Shown one piece after another: positions 1 through 9,920 of a stretch of DNA of 64,000 nt (position 1 is its first letter; each line of letters starts with the position of its first letter). Under the pieces are notes generated by a model. That model had not been told where the DNA came from. It saw nothing but the letters and a program-made list of their open reading frames with translations, and searched no databases. Source of the stretch: Chloroflexota bacterium (GTDB taxonomy: Bacteria > Chloroflexota > UBA11872 > VXOZ01); contig OY760183.1 of assembly GCA_963663275.1 (NCBI GenBank), positions 544,001 to 608,000 of the forward strand, read 5' to 3'. Both the position numbers and the translations under genes were made by a program.

Positions 1-441
1 GGCACAAGACCTCGCCCTACGTTTGTTGACGTAGCGGTGTACAAGATCCCGTGCCCTACGTTCCGGCGGGGGACAAGCCCCCGCGCTACGAATGCCAAGC
101 GCGCCGTTCGCCCTGAGCAGCGTCGAAGGGTGAACGGCGCGCGCCGCAAGCGGCCATTGCTTTCGCCATCCCCTCCTCTCCGTTCATGCTTCGACCCTTC
201 GACAAGCTCAGGGCAGGCAGGCTCAGCACGAACGGAGAGGTTGCTTCTCACGCGCCTGTACCCACGTGCCGTCCTCACCCGCCTATGCCCTCGTGCCCAT
301 CCTCACGCGCCTCTTTTCCGGTAGCGCAGGTTTGTAACCTGCGCAGGGCGCGAGCGCACGCGGTATTCCTGCCAAGAGGCGCGGCACAAGACCTCGCCCT
401 ACCTTCGTTGACGTAGCGGGGCGCAAGATCCCCGCCCTACG
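1..441. repeat. Mosaic of REP-like palindromes
   Basis: GGCACAAGACCTCGCCCTAC twice, GCGGGGGACAAGCCCCCGCGCTAC, GTAGCGCAGGTTTGTAACCTGCG, and CCGTTC..CTGAGC..TCGAAG..GAACGG hairpins; most recur elsewhere in the window. Confidence 0.85.
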
Positions 442-468
442 TTTTGGCTGACGCAGAAAAGACCGGCG

Positions 469-2250
469 CTAACCCTCCGGTTCCCAATCGAAATCCGCCC
501 GCCGGTTGGAGGAGAGCGAGAAGAACGGCAGTTCCAGTTCAGGCCCATCGCGCCACCAGAGGAAGCCGTCCCACTTGTACGTGGTCCAGCCGTGCTCCAC
601 CGGCCCCGGGATGAGGGTGGAGAGGTGGTTGTTGCGCAGCACCAGGCCGCAGAAGCGGTAGAGGCCCAGCGGCAGCATCTCCTCGATCCAGTCTGGGCCG
701 ATCTTCACCCGTCCGGCGTTCGCGCCCGCCACCACCTCCAGGCAAGCGAGGGCATCGTCCCGCCAGGCGTCGTGAATCTCCAGGACGCCCAGCGGCGCGC
801 CTCCGCATTCCACGTGCGAATCCGTATCGGCGTCGAGCATTACCCACTTCTTGTGAGCCACGCTCCAGATCTCCGCCACGAAGTGGCCGTTGGTGTGCAG
901 GGTGGGCTCGGCGGACATCACCCAGAGGCGCGCCGCCCAGCCCAGCGCCAACGCGCACTGCGCCAGCACGACCGCGTAGTGGGTGCAGTAGGCGTCCGGT
1001 TGCGGCTGGCCGTGGCCCCGGTCGGCGCGCATCCAGGCCAGAATCGTCAGCGCGTCCCACGGGCAACAGCGGCGAAACTCGTGCGGCGCGCGGTGCGTCC
1101 ACTGCACCGCCACCCAAGCCCGCAGCGCCAGCATTTGCGCCCACTGCGTCTCGGCTCCCGCAATGACCGCATCCAGCCGCTCCTGCTCGCGCAGGATTGC
1201 CAGCTTTGGCTCCGCCGGGTCCTGGCGGGTGAAGGAATATGAAGGCGCAATTCCGCGCTCCGTTCCAGACAGCGCATGCGCATGTATCTTCTCCGCGCCG
1301 CCGGCGGCAGAGGCGCTCAGCCCAACGCCGCGAAGTGTCGGGGTTGCGCCCCCATCGTCAGTACGCAGCACGGCTTGCCACTGTACGTATGGTCCCAAAT
1401 CAGAAAGCGCCCCCGCGTGGGCAATCCCGTCATGCCCGCTCTCGCGGGTGTCCACCGCGCCGTTTGGCGCTACACTCGCTGCCGTCACGTCGATCCAGGG
1501 CGTGTCCTCCAGCGCCGGCCCTTCACCACTGCGGTAGCGCAGCGCAACAGCGGTCCCCGGCGGCGTCGCGGCGCGCCAGTGAAGATGCAGCGTATTATTC
1601 ACCGTAGAGGACGTCTTTGCGTTCTGTCCTGCCGGCGCCAGGCTGACCACCGGACTCGTCAGCACGCCCCGCGCCGGGTGTTCCCGCGCGCGCAGGCGCG
1701 CCACGTACTCGCCGGACAACGCGCCCTCCAGCCCGAATCCGCTAGCGTGCCAGGTCCGTCCGCCGTCCGTGCTCTTGCGGCTGTGTACTGTAGGCACGCT
1801 GGTATCCACCGCGAGTATCCAGGCGTGCGCGGCGGGGCTCTCACAAGCGAAAACGATAGTGTTCGGCCCTGGCAGCAGCGCCTCCCGGGGTATGCGCACG
1901 TGGTACCAGGCGAATTCGCCGGCCAGCGTCGTGCCCGGCCCCATGCGTTCCGTGTGGCCGTTCACCGTCACCGCCAACGGCCAGCGGTTGTCCGGCTCCT
2001 CACGAGCGTAGAAATAGCAATCGGCCCACTGGGGCGGAGTCCGGCCCAAATCAAAACGCACCTGGGCTTGGACGCGCTGGAAGAGTTCTTCGCCGTGCTG
2101 CGTGGAGAACGCGCCCGGCTCATGCGCAATCAAGTGGCTCTCCGCCAGGCGCGCCGCGCCGTCATCGCCGATGGCAATGCCGCCGTCCCTGGCGCAGGTC
2201 TCCCAATCTGCCGGGTCGGACCATACCAACGAGTTTGGGTGTGTTGACAT
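469..2250 (-). CDS. Protein with a C-terminal transglutaminase-like domain
   Basis: 593-aa ORF; YCTHYA..., GHFVAEIW..., WVMLDAD give a Cys-His-Asp triad. Confidence 0.7.
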   Translation of the reverse strand: MSTHPNSLVWSDPADWETCARDGGIAIGDDGAARLAESHLIAHEPGAFSTQHGEELFQRVQAQVRFDLGRTPPQWADCYFYAREEPDNRWPLAVTVNGHTERMGPGTTLAGEFAWYHVRIPREALLPGPNTIVFACESPAAHAWILAVDTSVPTVHSRKSTDGGRTWHASGFGLEGALSGEYVARLRAREHPARGVLTSPVVSLAPAGQNAKTSSTVNNTLHLHWRAATPPGTAVALRYRSGEGPALEDTPWIDVTAASVAPNGAVDTRESGHDGIAHAGALSDLGPYVQWQAVLRTDDGGATPTLRGVGLSASAAGGAEKIHAHALSGTERGIAPSYSFTRQDPAEPKLAILREQERLDAVIAGAETQWAQMLALRAWVAVQWTHRAPHEFRRCCPWDALTILAWMRADRGHGQPQPDAYCTHYAVVLAQCALALGWAARLWVMSAEPTLHTNGHFVAEIWSVAHKKWVMLDADTDSHVECGGAPLGVLEIHDAWRDDALACLEVVAGANAGRVKIGPDWIEEMLPLGLYRFCGLVLRNNHLSTLIPGPVEHGWTTYKWDGFLWWRDGPELELPFFSLSSNRRADFDWEPEG

Positions 2251-2486
2251 ATCGTGTCCTCGTCCCAGGCGGGGGACAAGCCCCCGCGCTACGTTTGGAG
2301 GGGATAGGCCCTCACGCTACGTATTGAAGAAGAGATTACACTTTATCAAGAGACAGTCCGCAGTCCCTCATGCCCATACGGGCAAGACGCTGCCCCGTTT
2401 GTCATTGTATACGGACAGCCCGCTTGTACGCCCACTGCCGAACGAGTACAGTACAGGCAAGAGCGCGTAAGCGAGGAGAGGGTCTA

Positions 2487-3809
2487 GTGGCGCTTGCCGG
2501 AGTCGCGGAAATCGAACACGCCATTGCGGCGCAGCCCGTCATCGACACCCACGAGCACACGTTTAGCGAAGAAGACCGGCGGCGGCGCTCGCTCGATCTG
2601 CTTTCCACCGAAATGCACCACTACGTCGGCAGCGACCTGGTTTCCGCCGGCATGACCCCGGCCGAGCAGGCGGACATGTACGACCAGAGCCGCGACCCCG
2701 CCGACCGCTGGGATATCTTCCTGCGCTACTGGCAGTTTGCCAAGACGACGGGCTACGGCAAGGCGCTGCACGTGGCCTGCCGGGACCTCTTCGGCGTGGA
2801 CGACCTCATGTCGGCGGCGCCGTCGCTGGACGGGTACCGGCGGGTCAACGAGCAGTTGACCGCCTCGCAACGGCACGAGGCGTGGTACCGCTACATCCTG
2901 CAAGAGCGCGGCAACATCGTGCTGGCGATTCCCGACGTGCAGTCCACGCAGGTGGACAAGACGCTCTTCGCCCCGGCCATGCGCTTCGATTCTTTCATAA
3001 GCGCGGGCAACCGCGCCGACGTAACGAGACTGGAACGCCAGACCGGCCAAAGCATCTACGATTTGGGCGATCTCGTCTCAGCTCTGGGCGTCGCCTTTGC
3101 CCAAGCCAAGCAAGAGGGCATGGTAACCGTCAAGAGCGGGCTGGCCTACAGCCGCATCTTGCGCTACGACAACGTGGCGCGGGCCGACGCGGAGCGGCTC
3201 TTTGCCCAGGCGGTCGCGGGCACGCGGGCGCACGGCGGCGCCCTGGCGCAGTACGGCCTGAACTTCACCGAGGGCAAGCCGCTGCAGGACTACATGATGC
3301 ACCAGGTGGTGCGCCTCTGCATTGAGCACGGCGTCCCCATGCAGATCCACACCGGCCTCCACGCCGGCAACGGCAACGTCATCACCAACAGCAACCCCAC
3401 GCACCTGGTCAACCTCTTCATCCAGTACCCGCGGGCGCGCTTCGACATCTTCCACGCCGGGTATCCCTACCAGAGCGAACTCGCCACGCTGGCCAAGAAC
3501 TTCCAGAACGTCTACGTCGATCTCTGCTGGGTGCACATCATCAGCCCCTACGTAGCGCGCGCGACCCTGCACGAGTGGCTGGAAACCATACCCCACAACA
3601 AGATCTTCGGCTTTGGCGGCGACTACGGGCCGGTGGAACTGGCGTACGCCCACTGCGTGATGGCGCGGGAAAATATCGCCCGGGTGCTGAGCGAGAAGGT
3701 GGAGGAAGGGCTCTATTCCGTAGACCAAGCCAGAATCGTCGGCGCCCGGCTGCTCCACGATAACGCCAATGAGTTCTTTGGTCTTGGGCAAGAGAATCTT
3801 ATCCGGTGA
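2487..3809 (+). CDS. Amidohydrolase-family protein (amidohydro_2/uronate isomerase-like)
   Basis: IDTHEH, QIHTG, DIFHAG and FGGD metal-binding motifs; GTG start after GAGGAG. Confidence 0.85.
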   Translation: MALAGVAEIEHAIAAQPVIDTHEHTFSEEDRRRRSLDLLSTEMHHYVGSDLVSAGMTPAEQADMYDQSRDPADRWDIFLRYWQFAKTTGYGKALHVACRDLFGVDDLMSAAPSLDGYRRVNEQLTASQRHEAWYRYILQERGNIVLAIPDVQSTQVDKTLFAPAMRFDSFISAGNRADVTRLERQTGQSIYDLGDLVSALGVAFAQAKQEGMVTVKSGLAYSRILRYDNVARADAERLFAQAVAGTRAHGGALAQYGLNFTEGKPLQDYMMHQVVRLCIEHGVPMQIHTGLHAGNGNVITNSNPTHLVNLFIQYPRARFDIFHAGYPYQSELATLAKNFQNVYVDLCWVHIISPYVARATLHEWLETIPHNKIFGFGGDYGPVELAYAHCVMARENIARVLSEKVEEGLYSVDQARIVGARLLHDNANEFFGLGQENLIR

Positions 3810-3872
3810 ACGGGTACGTACCCGGCGGGGGACAAGCCCCCGCGCTACGATCAGGTTCCCTCTCCCTGGGAG

Positions 3873-5138
3873 TGTACAGTCCGGGGACATGGGTAACAGT
3901 TATTCAGGGAGATAGGTTACACATTTTGTTCACTGAGGTCTACCGTTCTTATCGGATTGACAGCGAAGTATACGTTCCAGACGCCGTCGGTTTGCGTGGG
4001 TCGCAGGGCGACGCGGGTGTGGGCGAAAGCTCGCCCCACGCGGAGGGTCTTGCCCTGGAACGAGATGCGGCCGCTGACGTCGACGGCGCGCACCTGGTCG
4101 TCGGGAGCGTAGGTGATGGGGGGCAGCGTTTCGGGAAAGGGCTGTGGACTGGGCGTGTACCGGCTGACGGGCGTGTTGAGCGTGAGGGCGTGGTGCGGGC
4201 GTTCCCGGTTGTAGAAGTGCCGCCAAGCGTCGAAGGCGCGCTGGCAGTGCTCCAGGTTGGTGAAGGTGCGACCGGCCAGGACTTCGCTTTTCAGGGAGCG
4301 GTGGAAGCGTTCCAGCTTGCCGAGGGTCTGGGGATGGTAGGGACGGCTGTGAAGCACCTTGATGCCCAGGCGCATGAGCCAGACGGTGAGCGGCGTGAAG
4401 GGATGGGCGCTGTCGTTGCCCCAGGGGGCGCCGTTGTCCATGAGCATGGCCGCAGGCAGGCCGTAGCGCCGAAAGACGCGGGTGAGGCGCTCCTGGACGG
4501 TCTGACCCCGCTCGTCGGCGCAGGCCTCCACAGCCAGGTTGTAGCGGGAATGGTCGTCGAGCACGGTGAGCGGATGGCAGCGGTCGCGAGACATGGCGAA
4601 ATGCCCCTTGAAGTCCATCTGCCAGAGTTCGTTGGGCAGCGGGCGCTCAAAGCGAATGAAGGGCATGCGCTTGGCGCTCTCGGCCGGGTCGATCAACCCG
4701 TGGCGCTTGAGAATGGCGTTGATGGTGCTCCTGGCGGGCACGTCGGCGTAGCCGCGGTTCCGCAGCATCCGGCCCAGCGCGTCCGCGCCCTTCCCCGGAT
4801 GTGCCAGGCGCAAGGCGATGATGTGCCGCTCCATCTCTGGACGCGTGCGCTGTGGGCTGGTGTGCGGACGCCGCGACCGGTCCCCCAGGTTCTCCATCCC
4901 GCCCTGCCTGTAGCGCGTGCGCCACTTGTAGCCGGTCTTGCGGCTGATGCCCATACGCTTGCACAGTGCGCTCATGCTCACCTCACCCGTCAGCATCACG
5001 GCTATAAACTCTTCCCGCTCAGACATAGGTGTACTCACTTTCCACGACATGGTCGTCCTCCTCTAGTGACGAATTCCCATGCCTTATGGTGTAACCTATG
5101 TCCCTGAAAATGTGTTACCTATGTCCCCGGGCTCTACA
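3873..5138 (-). mobile_element. Complete IS481-family insertion sequence
   Basis: TGT...ACA ends, about 49-bp imperfect terminal inverted repeats, 5-bp direct repeat GGGAG at 3868-3872 and 5139-5143. Confidence 0.95.
3917..5050 (-). CDS. IS481-family DDE transposase
   Basis: N-terminal HTH (ISRKTGYKW); rve core WQMDFKG, MDNG, GKLERFHRSLK; stop codon lies inside the terminal repeat. Confidence 0.95.
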   Translation of the reverse strand: MSWKVSTPMSEREEFIAVMLTGEVSMSALCKRMGISRKTGYKWRTRYRQGGMENLGDRSRRPHTSPQRTRPEMERHIIALRLAHPGKGADALGRMLRNRGYADVPARSTINAILKRHGLIDPAESAKRMPFIRFERPLPNELWQMDFKGHFAMSRDRCHPLTVLDDHSRYNLAVEACADERGQTVQERLTRVFRRYGLPAAMLMDNGAPWGNDSAHPFTPLTVWLMRLGIKVLHSRPYHPQTLGKLERFHRSLKSEVLAGRTFTNLEHCQRAFDAWRHFYNRERPHHALTLNTPVSRYTPSPQPFPETLPPITYAPDDQVRAVDVSGRISFQGKTLRVGRAFAHTRVALRPTQTDGVWNVYFAVNPIRTVDLSEQNV

Positions 5139-5173
5139 GGGAGAGGGTTAGGGTGAGGGGAAAACGCCACGCT

Positions 5174-6721
5174 GTGAACGCACAAACCACCGACGGCAAT
5201 AGCGGCGATTCCGGCCGGAAGCGGCCGAACGTGCTCTTCATCATGGCCGACCAGATGCGCTGGGACGTGCTGAGTTGCGCCGGCCACCCGATTTGCCGGA
5301 CGCCGGTGCTGGACGGCATGGCCGCGCGCGGCGTGCGTTTCGCCAACTTCTACACCGCGGCCCCCACGTGCACCCCCGCCCGCTACTCGATTTTCAGCGG
5401 GCGGCACGTCCACGTCCACAACGGTTGGAGCAACGGCTGGCCCACCCAGGACGGCGAGATCTTTCTCCCCTCCATCATGCGGCACTACGGCTACGCCACG
5501 GCCATCGCCGGTAAACTGCACTTCGCGCCCAAGGAAGAAGCGTTCGGCTTCGACGACTTTCGTTCGTACCGCGCCGAGGGTCCGACGCCGGAACGCGGCT
5601 ACGACGCCTATATGACGCGCAAGTACGGCGCGTACACCCGCAATAGAATCGAAGAAGGCACCGGGGGGTTAGGCGTAGGGCGTTTCGCCGACCCGCCGGA
5701 GGATTACGATACGGACTGGATTACGACCCAGACCCTGGAAGCCCTCGACGGCCTCGAGCGGAGCGGCAAGCCGTGGTTCCTCTTTGCCAGTTACCACGAC
5801 CCCCATTCGCCGTTCGTCGAACCGGAACCGTACTTCTCGATGTACGCGCGGGAGTCCATCCCCCTGCGTCCGATTCCGCCGGAAGCGCGCCGGTTGCGCC
5901 GGGACGCGCGCGGCACCCAGGAACGGGCGCACGTGATCGACGATCCGGCAGTGGTGCAAGCAATAACCGCCGTCTATTACGGGTCTACGACGCACGTTGA
6001 CCACGACGTCGGTATCCTCCTGGCGGCGCTGGAGGAACGCGGCCTGGCGGACAATACCATCGTCCTCTTCCTCTCCGACCACGGCGACATGCTGGGCGAC
6101 CGCGGCCGCATGAACAAGCAGGTGATGTACGAAGGCGCGGCCCACGTGCCGCTGGTCATGCGGATACCGGATTCAATCCACCCGGGGCAGACTCCGGGCC
6201 GCGTGGTTGACGAGATCGCCGGCCAGGTGGACATTCTGCCGACCGTGCTCGAGCTCTGCGGCCTGACCGTCCCGCAAGGCGTACAGGGCCGGAGCCTGGC
6301 GCCGCTGTGCGCCGGCGCCGCCGCCGGTTGGCCCAATGAGGCGTTCGCGGCGGTGCGCGCCGCGCCGTTCGTGCGCCAGGAAGCGTACATGGTCGGCAAG
6401 AAGCGTATGCTGCGCACGCCTGAGTTCAAACTGATCGACTACGGCGCGGACTTCCGCACGCAGTGGGAACTCTTCAACATGACCGACGACCCCGGTGAGA
6501 CGCGCAACCTGGCCGGCGATCCCGCGCACGGCGCCGTGCTGCGCGCGCTGGCGGCGCGGCTGGATGAATGGCAGGCCGAAACGCCGTCGCACGTAACCGT
6601 GCCCGGTATGCCCACGCCAAGCTACGCGCACGTTCCCCCGGAGCGCCGCCAGGCAATGCGCGCGGCCTGGGAGGCGAACATGCGCCGCTCGGCGGCGCGG
6701 CGCTGGCCGCAGAGTTCGTGA
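5174..6721 (+). CDS. Sulfatase (formylglycine-dependent, paralogue 1)
   Basis: PNVLFIMADQ, CTPAR (CxPxR), GKLH and SDHG motifs. Confidence 0.92.
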   Translation: MNAQTTDGNSGDSGRKRPNVLFIMADQMRWDVLSCAGHPICRTPVLDGMAARGVRFANFYTAAPTCTPARYSIFSGRHVHVHNGWSNGWPTQDGEIFLPSIMRHYGYATAIAGKLHFAPKEEAFGFDDFRSYRAEGPTPERGYDAYMTRKYGAYTRNRIEEGTGGLGVGRFADPPEDYDTDWITTQTLEALDGLERSGKPWFLFASYHDPHSPFVEPEPYFSMYARESIPLRPIPPEARRLRRDARGTQERAHVIDDPAVVQAITAVYYGSTTHVDHDVGILLAALEERGLADNTIVLFLSDHGDMLGDRGRMNKQVMYEGAAHVPLVMRIPDSIHPGQTPGRVVDEIAGQVDILPTVLELCGLTVPQGVQGRSLAPLCAGAAAGWPNEAFAAVRAAPFVRQEAYMVGKKRMLRTPEFKLIDYGADFRTQWELFNMTDDPGETRNLAGDPAHGAVLRALAARLDEWQAETPSHVTVPGMPTPSYAHVPPERRQAMRAAWEANMRRSAARRWPQSS

Positions 6722-6722
6722 A

Positions 6723-6766
6723 AGACGCAGACCTCGTCCCAGACGCAGGCTTCGTCTAAGACGCAG
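6723..6766 (+). repeat. Short 18-bp tandem repeat
   Basis: AGACGCAG recurs every 18 bp just after the sulfatase stop. Confidence 0.6.
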
Positions 6767-6853
6767 TAGTTAGGGCTATATCCAATATCCGGCCCGTGGT
6801 TGTGAGCGGGCCTCACCTCGAACCAAGTATGCAATCCGCTGAGGAGTCTCAAC

Positions 6854-8419
6854 GTGAACGAGCAATCCGGCAATGGGCAGGGCGGCAGCGGCGGCAAGCA
6901 GAGCCAGCCAAACGTGCTCATCTTCATGGCCGACCAGATGCGCTGGGACCTGCTCAGTTGCGCGGGGCATCCGATTTGTCAGACTCCCGTGCTCGACGCC
7001 ATGGCGTCACGCGGCGTGCGCTTTGCGAATTTCTACAGCGCGGCGCCGATTTGCACCCCGGCGCGCTACTCGGTCTTCAACGGCCGCCACGTTCACGTCC
7101 ACGACGGCTGGTGGAACGGCCTCCCCACGCGGGACGGTGAGGTGTTCTTGCCGTCGATTATGCGGCACTACGGCTACGCCACCGCCATCGCGGGCAAACT
7201 GCACTTCGATCCCAAGGAAGACCCGTTCGGCTTCGACGACTTTCGCACCTTTCGCGCCGAAGGCCCCACGCCGGAACGCGGCTACGAAGCGTACATGAAG
7301 GAAAAGTACGGCGCGTTGAACCGCGACCGTATCGCGGAAGGCACCTGCCCCTGGCCGGACGACCCCCATGGCAGAGGCGTGGGACTGTTCGCCGACCCGC
7401 CGGAAGACATCGATACAAGCTGGATTACGCGGCAGACGCTGGAGGCGCTCGACCTGCTGGAGCAAAGCGGCAAGCCGTGGTTCCTCTTCTCCAGCTACCA
7501 CGATCCCCATTCGCCGTTCGTCGAGCCGGAGCCGTACTACTCGATGTACGACCGGGAAGCCATCCCCTTGCGCGAGATTCCGCCTGAAATCGGCAGGCTG
7601 CGCCGCAACGCCCGCGGCGGCCAGGAAGTGAATCACCTCATCGACGATCCGGTCATGCTGCGCGAAATCACGGCCATCTACTACGCGGCCACGACCCACG
7701 TGGACCACGACGTCGGCCTCGTCCTGGCCGAACTCGAGCGGCGCGGCCTGACGGACAACACCATCATCATGTTCATGTCCGATCACGGCGACATGATGGG
7801 CGATCACGGACGCATGTACAAACAGGTGATGTACGAGGGCGCGGCGCACGTGCCGTTGATTGTGCAGGTTCCCGCTGCCATACAGCCGGCGCTGACCCCC
7901 GGCCGCGTGGTGGATGAGATTACCGGGCATGTGGATATTGTGCCGACCGTGCTCGACCTCTGCGGTTTGCCGGTTCCGCCGGGCGTACAAGGCAAGAGTC
8001 TCGCGCCGTTGTGCGCCGGCAACAGCAGCGGTTGGCCCAATGAGGCCTTTTCCTGGATGCTCGGCGTGCCGCACACGCGCCAGGAAGCGTACATGCTCGG
8101 CACAAAGCGCATGATACGCACGCCGGAATATAAGCTGGTGGACTTTGGCGCGGACTTCCGCACGCAATGGCGCCTCTTCAACATGACCGACGACCCTGAA
8201 GAGACGCGCAACCTGGCCGACGATCCCGCGCACGCTGCCGTTCTGCGGGCATTGGCGGCCCGGCTCGACGAGTGGGAGGCCGAGATACCGCTGCTGATCC
8301 AAATCCCCGGCATGGCCGCGCCGAGCTATTCGTACCTGTCCGCGGAACGGCGGGCGGAATTTACGGCGGCGTGGGACGCCGGTTTGCGCCGTCAAGCCCG
8401 GTGGCGGTGGCCCCAATAA
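6854..8419 (+). CDS. Sulfatase (formylglycine-dependent, paralogue 2)
   Basis: CTPAR, GKLH and SDHG motifs; GAGGAG RBS; colinear with paralogue 1. Confidence 0.92.
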   Translation: MNEQSGNGQGGSGGKQSQPNVLIFMADQMRWDLLSCAGHPICQTPVLDAMASRGVRFANFYSAAPICTPARYSVFNGRHVHVHDGWWNGLPTRDGEVFLPSIMRHYGYATAIAGKLHFDPKEDPFGFDDFRTFRAEGPTPERGYEAYMKEKYGALNRDRIAEGTCPWPDDPHGRGVGLFADPPEDIDTSWITRQTLEALDLLEQSGKPWFLFSSYHDPHSPFVEPEPYYSMYDREAIPLREIPPEIGRLRRNARGGQEVNHLIDDPVMLREITAIYYAATTHVDHDVGLVLAELERRGLTDNTIIMFMSDHGDMMGDHGRMYKQVMYEGAAHVPLIVQVPAAIQPALTPGRVVDEITGHVDIVPTVLDLCGLPVPPGVQGKSLAPLCAGNSSGWPNEAFSWMLGVPHTRQEAYMLGTKRMIRTPEYKLVDFGADFRTQWRLFNMTDDPEETRNLADDPAHAAVLRALAARLDEWEAEIPLLIQIPGMAAPSYSYLSAERRAEFTAAWDAGLRRQARWRWPQ

Positions 8420-8435
8420 TCGAAAAGGAGAACAC

Positions 8436-9485
8436 ATGCGCGCGCTGTATCGGAACAATCGCGGAGAAACCTACCTGAAAGAGACGCCGGAACCCACGCT
8501 GGGCGAGTCCGGCGTGTTGATCGAGACAGTGGTCTCGGTGTTGGGCACCGGGTCTGAGGTCGGCGGCGTGGCGAGCGCGCGCCGGGCCGTCCAAGCGGGC
8601 AACGAGCCCGGCGCGCTGCAAGAGGGCCCCATGAGCTACCAATCGGCGGGCCGCATAGTCCAAGTTACGCCCGATCTCCAGTCCCATTACGCGCCGGGCG
8701 ACCGGGTGGTGGCCGTCGGCGGCGGCTTTGCGCCCCATGCCGAGCGGGCGTTTGTGATCCGGCACAACTTTGCCAAGATTCCCGACAACCTGGATACCGC
8801 CGAGGCCGCCACGGCCAACATCGGCCTTACCGCCTTGCACGCCCTGCGCCGCGCCCAATTCCAGCCGGGCGAGACCGCCGCCATAATCGGCTTGGGGCTG
8901 GTGGGCCAGATGATTGTCCAGGTGGTACGCATGATGGGCGGCCGCGCCATCGGCATCGACCTTATCCCCTTTCGCCTGCAAAAGGCGGAGGAGTTGGGCA
9001 TCGACCTGGCGCTGTCAGGTGATGCGGATGCTCTAGCCGCGGCGGTGGCGGACGATACGTGCGGCCTGGGCGTGGACGCCGCGTTCGTGGCGGCCGGCGG
9101 CGGGCCAACGCCGGGACGCCTCGGCGTGCGCCTGGTGCGGCCCAGCGGGCGCGTGATGATGATCGGCGGCCTGGTGCCGGACTTCACCGTCGGCCACCCG
9201 GACGCCAACCCCCACACCAAAGAAATCGACATCCGCTGGGTGTTCGGACGCGGCCCCGGCAGCCGCGACCAGGACTACCTGCGCGCCCGTACCGACTACC
9301 CCAACCGCTTCGTCCAGTGGGACCAGGAGCGCAATCTCTACGCGCTGCTCCACATGCAGGCCGCCGGCCAGGTGAACGTGGGCCCGCTGCTCACCCACCG
9401 CTTCCCGTTCGCCGACGCGCCCCAGGCCGTAGACCTCCTGATCGACCGTCCCGACGAGGCGCTGGCGGTGGCGCTGGATTATTGA
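8436..9485 (+). CDS. Medium-chain (zinc-binding-type) dehydrogenase
   Basis: GroES-like N-terminus, GLGLVG Rossmann motif, LTHRFPF C-terminus; AAGGAG RBS. Confidence 0.85.
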   Translation: MRALYRNNRGETYLKETPEPTLGESGVLIETVVSVLGTGSEVGGVASARRAVQAGNEPGALQEGPMSYQSAGRIVQVTPDLQSHYAPGDRVVAVGGGFAPHAERAFVIRHNFAKIPDNLDTAEAATANIGLTALHALRRAQFQPGETAAIIGLGLVGQMIVQVVRMMGGRAIGIDLIPFRLQKAEELGIDLALSGDADALAAAVADDTCGLGVDAAFVAAGGGPTPGRLGVRLVRPSGRVMMIGGLVPDFTVGHPDANPHTKEIDIRWVFGRGPGSRDQDYLRARTDYPNRFVQWDQERNLYALLHMQAAGQVNVGPLLTHRFPFADAPQAVDLLIDRPDEALAVALDY

Positions 9486-9675
9486 GACCGCGCCTCGCCG
9501 CTGCCGACATGTCTCCTCCATGCATGTTTCCGTCATGCGCAGCCGCGCCGCGCCCATCGAGAAACCATTTCACACGGCGCCACGTCCACGGGGCAATGCT
9601 ATCGCATTGACTTCTAATCTGAGCAGGCACGGCGCATCCGCGCCCTCAATCCGTCCGACCTCTCGCTCAAAAGGT

Positions 9676-9785
9676 GTAGGGGCACGACATGTCGTGCCCC
9701 TACACCGCGCGGCAGACCGGGTCGCGCCCCTGCACCACGGGCGCGACGTGTCACGCCGCGTGGTAAGCCGTCTCGCGCCCCCTAC
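9676..9785. repeat. GTAG-type REP palindromes
   Basis: GTAGGGGCACGACATGTCGTGCCCCTAC; near-identical copy at about 26317. Confidence 0.75.
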
Positions 9786-9920
9786 ACCGCGTAGCAAGCC
9801 GTGTGGAGGCATCTTACTTGCAACTCTCCGCCTCAAATGCCACAGCATTGGAGCCACGAGGCCGCGACAACACTGGGTCCACGGGGTGGCGGCAACATTA
9901 GGTCCACCGGACGGCGCCTG

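Noticed and set aside
3806-5107. 433-aa ORF opposite the transposase
   Set aside because: Antisense shadow that crosses the IS boundary and has no motifs
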